The position numbers and the translations under genes were made by a program. Below the pieces are notes generated by a model. It searched no databases, was not told where the DNA came from, and saw nothing but the letters and a program-made list of their open reading frames with translations. 53,347 bases of DNA from Nemertoderma westbladi. Taxonomy: Eukaryota > Animalia > Xenacoelomorpha. Below are positions 24,926-38,600 of this stretch, piece by piece. Each line of letters starts with the position of its first letter. The stretch's first letter is position 1. Where the stretch lies: NCBI GenBank assembly GCA_032718475.1, contig JAUCBJ010002816.1, positions 1 through 53,347 on the forward strand. Reading direction: 5' to 3'.

Positions 24926-25425
24926 TTAATACGCTACACGGTGAGATTTCTGCACTACATCTTTCTCAGCAACTTTAATTCCACACACACCCAGATTGTG
25001 GACGATAACCTTAACTGATGTCTTGTTCGAGAGTCTATAAACGAATATACTAGTGGGTGCAGGACAGAATTTCCGAAGTAAAACTCCGCTACCAACTGAT
25101 CCACCACGGAACTGGTCGCACCTGGTATGGTGGCGCGGTACCCAGAACATGTGGGCGATTATGTTGGCGTCTCTTACTCGTAACCGTCGTGAAACCATCC
25201 ATATCCTTAATGTTCTCCCGGTATGTTAGCGAATCAGATTGTCTCGGACGTTTAGCACTGCCGCCACTAACAAAACTACCAGCGCCGGTGGAACTGCGGT
25301 TCGGTATCGCACGGGGGGCGTAACTGACGGCGAAGACGACAGGCTACCACGCCACCCAACCTTTGACTGAACGTCAGGAACAACCCTATTGGTAGGTTCT
25401 GCGCTACCAACATTCTGAAGCACAA
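24926..25425 (-). mobile_element. Frameshifted fragment of a CR1/L2-like LINE ORF1
   Basis: Joined frames give DGFTTVTSKRR...VLGT...SIFVYRLSNKTS...I...LGVCGIKV...SH, the usual lead-in to the ORF1 RRM domain. Confidence 0.6.
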
Positions 25426-25737
25426 GGCCCAGTAATTATAACTGCGCCATGTGCTGCTAACATCTACTGACTGACATAAACGTAGAGTAATGTAGCAAAA
25501 TATGCTAAATTAATGCATTCACTCACTTTTCTAAAGCTAATGAATATTTATTAAATAGGAATGGCCACAGATGGTACCATTTTAACAGAATATAAATACA
25601 TAGATACTGAAATAATTCTTGAAATCGTTCCAGTTACAAGTTAACGTTATTAAATTTTTTACATTCAAACACATATAAATATTCATTAATAATAATAATA
25701 AAGAAAGTTTTGTTTCGCTACCGCCGTACAAACTGAG

Positions 25738-25960
25738 GCTGTGGGGCGAGCCACGAAAGTAAGCAAGCTTAGCATACGGGTACCACTAACTGAATCGGTT
25801 TGTCTGTTGTTCTGTCGTGTTCAATTTTAAACGTTAATAACTAAGCCAAATGTTAATGAAATCTTTCCAAAATTGGTACACATGTAGTCTGGCAAAAGTT
25901 TAGAAATTTTCCAAGTTGAATTTCCTTGTGGCCTTCGAGAAGCTAAGATAATAACAATTA
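25738..25960 (+). mobile_element. Fragment of a dispersed repeat, possibly Helentron/DINE-like
   Basis: GTGGGGCGAGCCACG at 25741 recurs inverted at ~43101-43115, both beside GTCT/GTCC-type microsatellite. Confidence 0.4.
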
Positions 25961-26740
25961 ATTCGTTAATTAAGTTGATTACGTATTACGTAGTTGATTA
26001 AGTTGTATAAAACAGCATTTTGTCTACAGTCCTTTATTGGAAATTAATTATTTTCTAATATAAGATTTTTTATTAGATTTATCATGATTTATAAGAGCAT
26101 TTTCAACCTGCCTCTTAAAAGGATAGTAATATATAGTTTTTAATTAGTTCAATAGATTTGCTTTAAGAAATGTGTTTTTAATTGATCTAAACGTAATTAA
26201 CTTATTGAAATGCCCAGTCTCATAGCTCCCTCCTTCCTTGGCATGCTTGCCTAGCTTGGAAGGGGAACCAGTCCAACCACAAACCTCACCTCTACTCAAC
26301 GGCAGCATTGTAATGAGCCAGACTAATAAGTCAGCTTGTTTATTGTTTTTAGCTTACAAAATGATTGGCCGAGTACTTAATCATGATTCTTTAGTATAAT
26401 TAGCGGATCTAGGACACTTCCCCCCCGGACACTTCCCCCCCGGACACTTCCCCCCCGCCCAAGTAGGACACTTCCCCCCCGGACACTTCCCCCCCCCGCC
26501 CAAGTAGGACACTTCCCCCCCCCGCACACTTCCCCCCGCCCAAGTAGGACACTTCCCCCCCAGTTAAAGTGTTAAAATTAATCTGGGTGCATCAAAGCAA
26601 TAAACAAAAGTTAAAGATGGTTACAGGACAAGTTGTATCTAGTTTTTTCAAAATTATAAAAGAAACATTTTTATAGTCAACTTTTGTTTGTTTTTCTTTT
26701 AATTCCTTTAATTCTTTTAATTACTTTTAATTTCTTTTAA

Positions 26741-26930
26741 TTGGGGGCTGCCGCCCCCAAACCCCCGCTTCTTTTGTTGGGGGCTACCGCCCCCAAACCC
26801 CCGCTTCTTTTCTTGGGTGCTGCCGCCCCCAAACCCCGGCTTCTTTTGTTAGGGGCTACCGCCCCCAAACCCCCGCTTCTTTTCTTGGGGCCTGCCGCCC
26901 CCAAACCCCCGCTTCTTTTCTTGGGGGTTA
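26741..26930. repeat. 36-bp tandem repeat, about 5 copies, each with a GGGGG-CT(G/A)CCG-CCCCC hairpin
   Basis: Read directly. Confidence 0.9.
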
Positions 26931-27002
26931 TCGCCCATTCATTGTGTCAAGTACAATGCACACATCTCCAACCAGACACTATATAACATTGGAGGTGTCT
27001 CA

Positions 27003-27290
27003 TTGGTTCCTCCAAGCTTGACACTAGAACAAAATCGCCTCCGCTTTGCAGGACATTGCTTTCGCCGTGAGGACCAGCCAGTGCATAATCTTGTACTTTG
27101 GCAGCCTCATGGAGTGAATAAGCATGGTGGACAGCCCATGACTTTCTTGAGACGCATTTTAAAGGACACTGGCCTTAAAGATGCGGATGATCTAGCAAAT
27201 GTCATGGGTGATAGGGAGTTGTGGCGGTGCAATTTTGTTGACAAGCCGGCACAGCATTCTTAAAAATGCAGCTGCAATGCAGCATGCCGA
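27003..27290 (+). mobile_element. 3' end fragment of an RTE-like LINE
   Basis: RLRFAGHCFR...LVLWQP....GG.P.TF...I.KD......A..M.DRELWR matches the C-terminus of RTE ORF2. Confidence 0.75.
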
Positions 27291-28629
27291 TCCTAGTATC
27301 CTAGCCCCCAGACCCCGGCATTTCCCTGAGTGCCCGTGGTGAAAGACTTAAGACCACTTTGAAATAATTAATTCATGTTTGTATCATCAGATAATTAATT
27401 GACTAAGCCTAAAGTAGGAGCTGTATTGAATGTTAACCAATTTAATATATAAATTACTACAATATTATATCATTCAACAAAATCCTATTAAAAATATTGC
27501 AAGTAACCAGGAAATTTAATATGTAGTGTGTATAATATCTATATTGTATGTATAGTAGTAATATGTATATCAATATGTAATGCTGAACACAGAATACAGA
27601 TCGACGCATGTCGATTTTACCCTGGAGAGGTATAATTTTGATTGCAACAATAATATTCATCCCCATCTGCTACAATTTGAAGAAGACTATTACATAATAA
27701 TACCTATAATTAAAACAATTAATTATTATAATTCTATAGTTTATAAAAACAGTATATCATTCCGGGGATGGAATTTATAGGTCATCTAATATAATTAATT
27801 GTTTAAAGATTAGCAAACAATACGATGTAATTGCATTGATAAAACCCATAAATAAAACTTGGATATAAAATGTAAAATCGGGATGCAAAAGATCACTTTC
27901 TTAGCTACAGTACGAAAGGAAAATTGGATACAACTTATCTGGATACAAGCGGTCCGTTTACCTTACAAAATGAAAAATACGAATGTGCGAAGTTAAGAAC
28001 AGTCGGGGGGGAAGTGTCCGCGGGGGGGAAGTGTCTGTGGGGGAAGTGTCCGGGGGGGAAGTGTCCTACTTGAGCGGGGGGGAACTGTCCGGGGGAAGTG
28101 TCCGAACACCTAATTAGCTAAATAATTTCGTTGAGGTGTTGACATGATAAATTAATATCTCATTATCAATACTATCGGCATAAGGTAAGTTTTATATTTC
28201 TTACAAATTGGGTCGCCTCCACGCCTAAAATACTTAATAATATTATTTTATGAGTTTAACATGTTACCAATAACATGAGTTTATTGATTTCTTTGTTGGT
28301 TGAATAAATTAAATTATATGCGATCTTTAATTATTTTTGCATGAAATTTGTCCTGTTTGTACAGTATATCTGTGAATCGCTTCCAGATGTATTTTGTGTT
28401 ATATTAAAAATAACTATAATAACATGTTACTTTTAAAACACAAATTTTATGTTAATAACTCTGCCTTTCATCAATCCTGTTTGCGCCTTTGGGTTGGGGT
28501 GGTGCAGATTAAGAGGGGGGGGGGGGGGGGGGGGTGGGGCTTTCCCTCTCTTTGATTTACTGGTGTTTGGTTAAATTTCTTAGATACCGAGTTTGTGATA
28601 CGGTAGATTCGCTCAATATTAATCTGTAT

Positions 28630-28690
28630 CAAATAACTGAGCCTCGTGCTGCGCGAAGGCCCCACGAACGTGTTACCAACATGTGAGTTT
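28630..28690 (+). repeat. Dispersed repeat fragment, inverted copy of 42826-42853
   Basis: CGTGCTGCGCGAAGGCCCCACGAACGTGT is nearly the reverse complement of ACACGTTCGTGGGGCGTCGCGCAGCACG. Confidence 0.55.
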
Positions 28691-29434
28691 CATGCCAGCC
28701 ATCCGGGTATTACCAACAACACGCCTATTGCTTTCGATCCATGGCCAAAATAGTGACAATTCCCGAACTGGTGTGCCGACCGAAATATTTTTATAAACCT
28801 GGCTTCCTGCATTGGGATTATAAAATAAGGTAAAGGAATGGATGGTGAGAATCTATTCAACTTTAGGGTTAAGAGAGATGCCCTCCTAGACTTGTATCGG
28901 AGTCATTCTCTGCTAACTTCACATTTATATTGAAATAAATAAACCTTACAAAAAATTAAAATAAATATATTACTTAAAAAAATTATTGACATGTTGAAAT
29001 TTCAGTCATGGATTATGCCAACTTTTTTTCAATATGCTCAGTAGAGGGAGATTTAACCAATTTATTATGCTTTGATATTATTATTAATATTCCTTATTTT
29101 AGTTTTGATTTTTTTTTGGGTCAGAAGGATGGCAAGGTGCTGATGGTCCCTGCAAGGATTCTAAATGTTTACTGACATGCGTTTTGCCTTCTTGCTATTA
29201 AAAAAAGACCAACATTTGAGGTAAATTCTTTTAAGCTGCGTAACACATTTTCTGCTCCCAGCAATGTATCCTAGAAAACACGAATGGCATCGTCATCTTC
29301 ATAGTGGAAAACGTCAACATTCGTTTAGCAGTGATCCCATCGACGGAGGACTTAAACTATTACAGTTTAACAGCTTTCACAGCATCTCAAAAGACCACTT
29401 GTACTACTATAGAGTACAGTAGATACTTACTTAC

Positions 29435-29502
29435 CAGTACGTATTTCTTGATTTTCAACGTTTTTCCCGTTACGCGTGTTTGTAGATTTCTTTCCCTTCG
29501 AC
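29435..29502 (-). other. Candidate exon of an unidentified host gene or pseudogene
   Basis: TTTTTAG acceptor, G|GTAAGT donor, open frame. Confidence 0.45.
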
Positions 29503-30213
29503 CTAAAAATAATGCACAGTACAATTAATTGAATTAGATACTGCATAAGATTAAAGGATGTGATGTTAGACAAACACGACTTTAGAGGGATTGTGATATT
29601 AATATGAAAACAATAAAATAGGAAATGGGGTCTTATTCCCTCAGATACTACCTAGCCTTTAGGGCCACTTGGGCCACTGTTAGTACTCAGGCACTAAGGC
29701 CTATTAAAAAAACGACTAGCCCTATACCTTTATTGTTGGCGCCTTACATGAAAGAACTGCACCTTTGGGATGGGTAATGGAAGCTTGGTTGTATTCATAA
29801 AAACTATTAATTGCTTTTGTTTCGAGTTCTCACACATTTTCTTTGGATTCATATAATGAATCCAACATTTGGATACTTAGGAGTGCTCTCTGAATCACTA
29901 GAGGGAGTCCAACGGCTCCTCAGCTCATTAGAACAGGCTGCATCTAATGGTAGACTTTTTGGTAATTTCGAGGTGGACCAAAATTTAGACAGTTAGACTT
30001 TGATCATATGAACATACACTCTAAGGATGATGGTGTGCTTGAGCATGTGGATGACTAGTCCTAGCTAGAACCAGGGATCCCAAAGTCAGGTGAAGATCTT
30101 TGAATTTGCATTGAAAGGGCTGTCCAGGATGAATATTTAGTAATAATTAAACTAAAGCGTTATATTATAGAACCCTGTGATCAACCTTTACCTCTACTTT
30201 TTAGTACACCCGT

Positions 30214-33200
30214 TCATATTTCTTACCATTGTTGTTCAACCTTAGTATCTCCACTCATATTTCTTACCATTGTTGTTCAACCTTTGTATCTCCACTCATA
30301 ATTCTTACCATTGTTGTTAAACCTTAGTATCTCCACCACTCATATTTCTTACCATTGTTGTTCAACCTTTGTATCTCCACTCATATTTCTTACCATTGTT
30401 GTTCAACCTTAGTATCTCCACTCATATTTCTTACCATTGTTGTTAAACCTTAGCATCTCCACTCATATTTCTTACCATTGTTGTTAAACCTTAGTATCTC
30501 CACTCATATTTCTTACCATTGTTGTTCAACCTTACTATCTCCACTCATATTTCTTACCATTGTTGTTCAACCTTAGTATCTCCACTCATATTTCTTACAA
30601 TTGTTGTTCAACCTTACTATCTCCACTCATATTTCTTACCATTGTTGTTCAACCTTAGTATCTCCACTCATATATCTTACCATTGTTGTTCAACCTTAGT
30701 ATCTCCACTCATATTTCTTACAATTGTTGTTCAACCTTAGTATCTCCACTCATATTTCTTACCATTGTTGTTAAACCTTACTACAGTATCTCCACTCATA
30801 TTTCTTACAATTGTTGTTCAACCTTAGTATCTCCACCACTCATATTTCTTACCATTGTTGTTAAACCTTAGTATCTCCACTCATATTTCTTACCATTGTT
30901 GTTAAACCTTAGTATCTCCACTCATATTTCTTACCATTGTTGATAAACCTTACTACAGTATCTCCACTCATATTTCTTACAATTGTTGTTCAACCTTAGT
31001 ATCTCCACTCATATTTCTTACCATTGTTGTTCAACCTTAGTATCTCCACTCATATTTCTTACCATTGCTGTTCAACCTTAGTATCTCCACCACTCATATT
31101 TCTTACCATTGTTGTTCAACCTTAGTATCAGCCACTCATATATCTTACCATTGTTGTTCAACCTTAGTATCTCCACTCATATTTCTTACCATTGTTGTTA
31201 AACCTTAGTATCTCCACTCATATTTCTTACAATTGTTGTTCAACCTTAGTATCAGCCACTCATATATCTTACCATTGTTGTTCAACCTTAGTATCTCCAC
31301 TCATATTTCTTACCATTGTTGTTAAACCTTACTACAGTATCTCCACTCATATTTCTTACAATTGTTGTTCAACCTTAGTATCTCCACTCATATTTCTTAC
31401 CATTGTTGTTCAACCTTAGTATCTCCACTCATATTTCTTACCATTGCTGTTCAACCTTAGTATCTCCACCACTCATATTTCTTACCATTGTTGTTCAACC
31501 TTAGTATCAGCCACTCATATATCTTACCATTGTTGTTCAACCTTAGTATCAGCCACTCATATATCTTACCATTGTTGTTCAACCTTAGTATCTCCACTCA
31601 TATTTCTTACCATTGTTGTTAAACCTTAGTATCTCCACTCATATTTCTTACAATTGTTGTTCAACCTTAGTATCAGCCACTCATATATCTTACCATTGTT
31701 GTTCAACCTTAGTATCTCCACTCATATTTCTTACCATTGTTGTTAAACCTTACTACAGTATCTCCACTCATATTTCTTACAATTGTTGTTCAACCTTAGT
31801 ATCTCCACTCATATTTCTTACCATTGTTGTTCAACCTTAGTATATCCACTCATATTTCTTACCATTGCTGTTCAATCTTAGTATCTCCACCACTCATATT
31901 TCTTACCATTGTTGTTCAACCTTAGTATCAGCCACTCATATATCTTACCATTGTTGTTCAACCTTAGTATCTCCACTCATATTTCTTACCATTGTTGTTC
32001 AACCTTAGTATCTCCACTCATATTTCTTACCATTGTTGTTAAACCTTAGTATCTCCACTCATATTTCTTACCATTGTTGTTCAACCTTAGTATCTCCACT
32101 CATATTTCTTACCATTGTTGTTCAACCTTAGTATCTCCACTCATATTTCTTACCATTGTTGTTAAACCTTAGTATCTCCACTCATATTTCTTACCAATGT
32201 TGTTAAACCTTACTACAGTATCTCCACTCATATTTCTTACAATTGTTGTTCAACCTTAGTATCTCCACTCATATTTCTTACCATTGTTGTTCAACCTTAG
32301 TATCTCCACTCATATTTCTTACCATTGTTGTTAAACCTTAGTATCTCCACTCATATTTATTACCATTGTTGTTAAACCTTAGTATCTCCACTCATATTTC
32401 TTACCATTGTTGTTAAACCTTAGTATCTCCACTCATATTTCTTACCATTGTTGTTAAACCTTACTACAGTATCTCCACTCATATTTCTTACAATTGTTGT
32501 TCAACCTTAGTATCTCCACTCATATTTCTTACCATTGTTGTTCAACCTTAGTATCTCCACTCATATTTCTTACCATTGTTGTTAAACCTTGGTATCTCCA
32601 CTCATATTTCTTACAATTGTTGTTCAACCTTAGTATCTCCACTCATATTTCTTACCATTGTTGTTCAACCTTAGTATCTCCACTCATATTTCTTACCATT
32701 GCTGTTCAACCTTAGTATCTCCACCACTCATATTTCTTACCATTGTTGTTCAACCTTAGTATCAGCCACTCATATATCTTACCATTGTTGTTCAACCTTA
32801 GTATCTCCACTCATATTTCTTACCATTGTTGTTCAACCTTAGTATCTCCACTCATATTTCTTACCATTGTTGTTAAACCTTAGTATCTCCACTCATATTT
32901 ATTACCATTGTTGTTAAACCTTACTACAGTATCTCCACTCATATTTCTTACAATTGTTGTTCAACCTTAGTATCTCCACTCATATTTCTTACCATTGTTG
33001 TTCAACCTTAGTATCTCCACTCATATTTCTTACCATTGCTGTTCAACCTTAGTATCTCCACCACTCATATTTCTTACCATTGTTGTTCAACCTTAGTATC
33101 AGCCACTCATATATCTTACCATTGTTGTTCAACCTTAGTATCTCCACTCATATTTCTTACCATTGTTGTTAAACCTTACTACAGTATCTCCACTCATATT

Positions 33201-34840
33201 TCTTACAATTGTTGTTCAACCTTAGTATCTCCACTCATATTTCTTACCATTGTTGTTCAACCTTAGTATCTCCACTCATATTTCTTACCATTGTTGTTCA
33301 ACCTTAGTATCTCCACTCATATTTCTTACCATTGCTGTTCAACCTTAGTATCTCCACTCATATTTCTTACCATTGTTGTTCAACCTTAGTATCTCCACTC
33401 ATATTTCTTACCATTGCTGTTCAACCTTAGTATCTCCACTCATATTTCTTACCATTGTTGTTCAACCTTAGTATCAGCCACTCATATATCTTACCATTGT
33501 TGTTCAACCTTAGTATCTCCACTCATATTTCTTACAATTGTTGTTCAACCTTAGTATCTCCACTCATATTTCTTACCATTGTTGTTCAACCTTAGTATCT
33601 CCACTCATATTTCTTACCATTGTTGTTCAACCTTAGTATCTCCACTCATATTTCTTACCATTGTTGTTCAACCTTAGTATCAGCCACTCATATATCTTAC
33701 CATTGTTGTTCAACCTTAGTATCTCCACTCATATTTCTTACCATTGCTGTTCAACCTTAGTATCTCCACCACTCATATTTCTTACCATTGTTGTTCAACC
33801 TTAGTATCAGCCACTCATATATCTTACCATTGTTGTTCAACCTTAGTATCTCCACTCATATATCTTACCATTGTTGTTAAACCTTAGTATCTCCACTCAT
33901 ATTTCTTACCATTGTTGTTCAACCTTAGTATCTCCACTCATATTTCTTACCATTGTTGTTCAACCTTAGTATATCCACACATATTTCTTACCATTGTTGT
34001 TAAACCTTAGTATCTCCACTCATATTTCTTACCATTTTTGTTAAACCTTGGTATCTCCACTCATATTTCATACCATTTTTGTTAAACCTTAGTATCTCCA
34101 CTCATATTTCTTACCATTGTTGTTCAACCTTACTATCTCCACTCATATTTCTTACCATTGTTGTTAAACCTTAGTATCTCCACTCATATTTCTTACCATT
34201 TTTGTTAAACCTTAGTATCTCCACTCATATTTCTTACAATTGTTGTTCAACCTTAGTATCTCCACTCATATTTCTTACCATTGTTGTTCAACCTTAGTAT
34301 CTCCACTCATATTTCTTACCATTGTTGTTAAACCTTAGTATCTCCACTCATATTTCATACCATTTTTGTTAAACCTTAGTATCTCCACTCATATTTCTTA
34401 CCATTTTTGTTAAACCTTAGTATCTCCACTCATATTTCTTACCATTGTTGTTAAACCTTAGTATATCTCCACTCATATTTCTTACCAATTTTGTTAAACC
34501 TTAGTATCTCCACTCATATTTCTTACCATTGTTGTTAAAACTTAGTATCTCCACTCATATTTCTTACCATTGTTGTTAAACCTTAGCATCTCCACTCATA
34601 TTTCTTACCATTTTTGTTAAACCTTAGTATCGCCACTCATATTTCTTACCATTGTTGTTCAACCTTAGTATCTCCACTCATATTTCTTACCATTGTTGTT
34701 CAACCTTAGTATCTCCACTCATATTTCTTACCATTGTTGTTAAACCTTAGTATCTCCACTCATATTTCTTACCATTTTTGTTAAACCTTAGTATCTCCAC
34801 TCATATTTCTTACCGTTGTGGATCAACTTTAGTATCTCCT
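30214..34840. repeat. 41-bp tandem satellite, about 110 copies, with higher-order structure
   Basis: Unit TCATATTTCTTACCATTGTTGTTCAACCTTAGTATCTCCAC with recurring +1, +3 and +5 variants. Confidence 0.97.
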
Positions 34841-34844
34841 TTAC

Positions 34845-34934
34845 CAATTCTTTGTTTCTTTGGCGGTTCACTGGCCTTCTCCCCTTTACGGTGTTCTTCC
34901 AGTTGTTGGGGTTTGGCACGGTTAGATTGGTTTC
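34845..34934 (-). other. Candidate 90-nt phase 1-1 exon (NQSNRAKPQQLEEHRKGEKASEPPKKQRI)
   Basis: CAG acceptor, G|GTAAAG donor, open frame, NLS-like PPKKQR. Confidence 0.5.
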
Positions 34935-35638
34935 CTGATATTTGTTCAGGTGGAGACATGGTTCAAATGAAAAAATATATACAATAAACTGTATATTATT
35001 GACTTAAAAATATATAAATAGTTAAGATGATTAAATGCATGCAGCCAAGGCCAGGCTTATTATAGTAATAGATATCGCCTTGTATATAAGATTATTACGA
35101 TCGAATACAGTAGGCCTAACAGTACTAAAATTTTATAATCAAGAATAACAAGGGAATAGATTTATTTTTCTTGCTGATGAGTAATTTTTCTTTCCTGTAA
35201 TATGTAACTTATTCTACAAAATTTCCTTTTCAGACCTCCACTAGAGTTAACCATACCACATGTAGATTTTATTGGTAATGTGTTGATGTTGAGGCATACT
35301 GTATTTATAACTGTGCCGCTAACGGTAGGCTTCATAGTGTAGTTCATATGAAGTGGAGGCCCTTTATGTAAATATCGCATACGATTCAATACATTATTGT
35401 TCACTTACATAATAAGGCTGCTATCGTTTGGAGTGTCTTAGCGAAAAAATTGTGACAAAGGTGCCAAAAGTATTTTGTGAGTCTATGGGTATATAAATGA
35501 CATAAATCCCATGCTCCTATTGCATAACATTTATTTATTGATGGAGAAATTGACATAATACTCTACAAGGCAAACAAAGTGTAGAGTAGGGGAAAAAGGA
35601 TCGAAAATAGCCCTACTGCCAGAATAATTTAATTAACT

Positions 35639-38600
35639 CGTCCCTATTAAAACATAAGGCCCTAACTCAAAAAATCATGTTTTGAGAAAATCGACTTTTT
35701 TTACTATAAATTCATGGATCCTTGTAAGGCGCTGAAAATGCGATTTTTAGGCAAAAGGAATACAAAGAATTTGATTTTGCTATTAAAATTTGGAATGGAA
35801 ATTTTAAAAAATATTAGTTAGGGCGTTTTGAAAAAACCAACTTTGGCAGATGTGTGTCAATTCAAATCGCCCTAACATTTCGCTGCACTGTATATATGTA
35901 TTAAAGAGTGGAAAATACAACGCGTTTTTGGTATATTGAAAAAATTTTCTCATGTCGTGTGTCTGTGTGTGTTTGGAACTGTCAATCACACTGCAGGAAA
36001 TGTCTTGCAGCAGCCTTTATGTCTTGCCATTATTGAAAATTTTCGATTTCAATGCAACGTCACTCAAGTATTGATTTAACATCGATATGAATAAAAAACA
36101 ACAAAGTATAAAGTAGAGTAGAGTACAGAGGAAAGAACAAGAAAGAAACCGTTGATATTCATTAGTCCAAACTCGGATCTCCGCTATAACAATCTACTGT
36201 ACTCCAGTCTATGAGAGATAAATGTTTCAGTTAGTCACCGTTTCATTCCTCATCTATGACCTCCTCCTCGTCGGTTTCATCTAGAGAGTCGCGAACCTCA
36301 TCACCTGGTCTGAGAGCCAAGTATTCCCGATGAAAGATTTTAGGAATAACGCCATTCTTCACTAACTTCATTAAGTCATTATATTTGGCTCTGGATATGC
36401 AAGGCTTAAACTCAAAGGCTCGCTTTGGTAGATCTAGCAAATTAGACCGACGACCAAAACCACGTATGAACTTGACATTCACCGGCTGGGAATTCGACGT
36501 ATACTGTATGTCCATTGTATCGCTGCCCCGAAGAAATAACACCCTTCGCATTTTCGACCACCTGACTCTTTCATTTGCCTCATCCACCATCATTAAAGGA
36601 AGAATGTCATCTGCAGCTTCCATCCACTTCAGAACGTTCTTAGTTTCCAACACCTGAACCTCGTAAGGAACAGTAGCTTCATCTTGTCTAGAACCTAAGA
36701 TAATCCCTGCCCACATGGATGGTGCCCAAACCATCATGTTGGAAACAGATCTCTCAATGGTGCTGTGGATCGAATCGACTGGCATATACGTGTGGCCAGG
36801 AACGAGATAATTGAGCTCGATTGTTTCAATGTGATCGGAACGGATTAGTTGGTGATAAATCATGGCTAGGACTCCCCGATTTTTATTTTGCCCCCCACAA
36901 CTGTCACAAAACAACTCTTTACATTCAGATTCGTTGGCAGATCGATGCTTCGTAAGTACTGATAAACACAACTAGTTGTTTCATTGGCTCCACGTCCTGC
37001 CTGCCACTCCCCCCAAATGTAACATATACCACGATTCGAATTGCTTTCGTAGACAGACTGATTATACTGTGCCAGTTTCCTACTATAACCAGTTAACATA
37101 GAGTCACCATGGGGTGTATTCAATACCTTTTGTAGGTCAAAACTAGCAACAATGTAATTATATTCGGCCTCCTTGGACTCACTTTGACATTTCAAGAAAT
37201 AGTTATTCACAGCATTCTTCTCTTCCACGTGAGCTTTGTATTCTTCCTCACTGTAATCACCACCAGTATCTTTTCGATGACAAATAACGCATTTATCCTT
37301 CTTGGGTTGGTGAAAACCAACGTTATAGTCACTTAGAAAAATCGATCGAAATGTCGATTTTGAGACCTTGTCTTTAAGCAACGTGTCTTTCTTATAAATG
37401 CGATAAAGATTGGTCAGGTTCTTGAAACGCTGAGGCAGGTACTTGCGGCGGGAATTATTTCGAACGTAGTGCGGCTCCATTATTGGCAGCTTATTTATGA
37501 ATTTGTGAACAGATGCTCTTATACCAGCTTTTCCACGAGTGTTTCCACCACGTTTATCTTTAGACGGAAGCTTAGCCTCAGTTCTGTGGCCCAACATCCA
37601 CCTAACCTCCTTTTCACCAACACTCAATGTTCCCAGGAAGAATGCTCTGCACCCCTGCTCTTTTTGGCCATCTTTGAGCAAGAAATACCTCTTAGAACTT
37701 GATCTATGTTTCATTATTACACTCGATGACTTCTGCTGTGTTCCACCTACACGAATCATGGAATTGAGAAAGTTATGGCGACCTTGCCTCTCATCTGTTT
37801 CCTTCCAGTACAAGTCGAAATTATGCTGTCGATCTCCATCTGTCCATTTCCCAGAGCATCCATGGGGACACTTACATTGCAATTGCCTCATACTGCGAGC
37901 TGGTTTGACCTTCCCGGATTTCGTGGTATATGACAGACCCTTCTCTCGTAGGTTGTGCCCCTCTTTGCTGCTATATGGTTTGATTTTCCTACCTTTCTTC
38001 ATTGGATTGGGGGCTTCAATATAAGTCTCTGTAGGCTGCTCAACATCTGCAGAATCCTCACTCTCGCTACTTGGATAATAGTTTGGATCACTACTCGGAT
38101 CTTGGGGTGCACTTCCTAACTCACAATCCTGTGGTTGATAGCAGAAACCTGTATTAAATATGCTACCATATGTACCTGGATCTAGTGATGCTCGTAAATC
38201 ATGTTCTCCATCTTCGCCAATCTCACCTACAGCACGCACAACCCCAAGGTCTAAATATTGTAATCCACCCCATTGATCTATATCTTGAAAACCTCCCAAT
38301 AAATCATCGTCCCGAAATCGACAGAATTGCAAATCCACGTCGTGGAATGCATCTGATATCCCCGCATCAACTTCAGTATCCTGCTGTACTTCAAACTGTA
38401 TTTCCTGGGCTTCTCCCAAGATTATATCCTGAAGCCCACTCCACAAGTTGACATCATGTGGGCCAAGAACATTATCACTGTCGCTGGAGATATCTAGGAC
38501 ACATAACATAGGATCCAGATCTGTTGTGATCTCTTCATCCTGTGCAGCCACAGAAAGTTTTTCTGTGGCTGCATTGACGAAATTACCGTTTGGGGGTCTA

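Larger units (their letters stand above)
26405..28110. mobile_element. Non-autonomous TIR transposon, probably MuDR-like
   Basis: Perfect 8-bp TSD TAATTAGC (26397-26404 and 28111-28118); GG...CC ends; inverted subterminal arrays of GGACACTTCCCCC. Confidence 0.8.

Noticed and set aside
30519-33266. Many small ORFs in the 41-bp array
   Set aside because: Satellite translations
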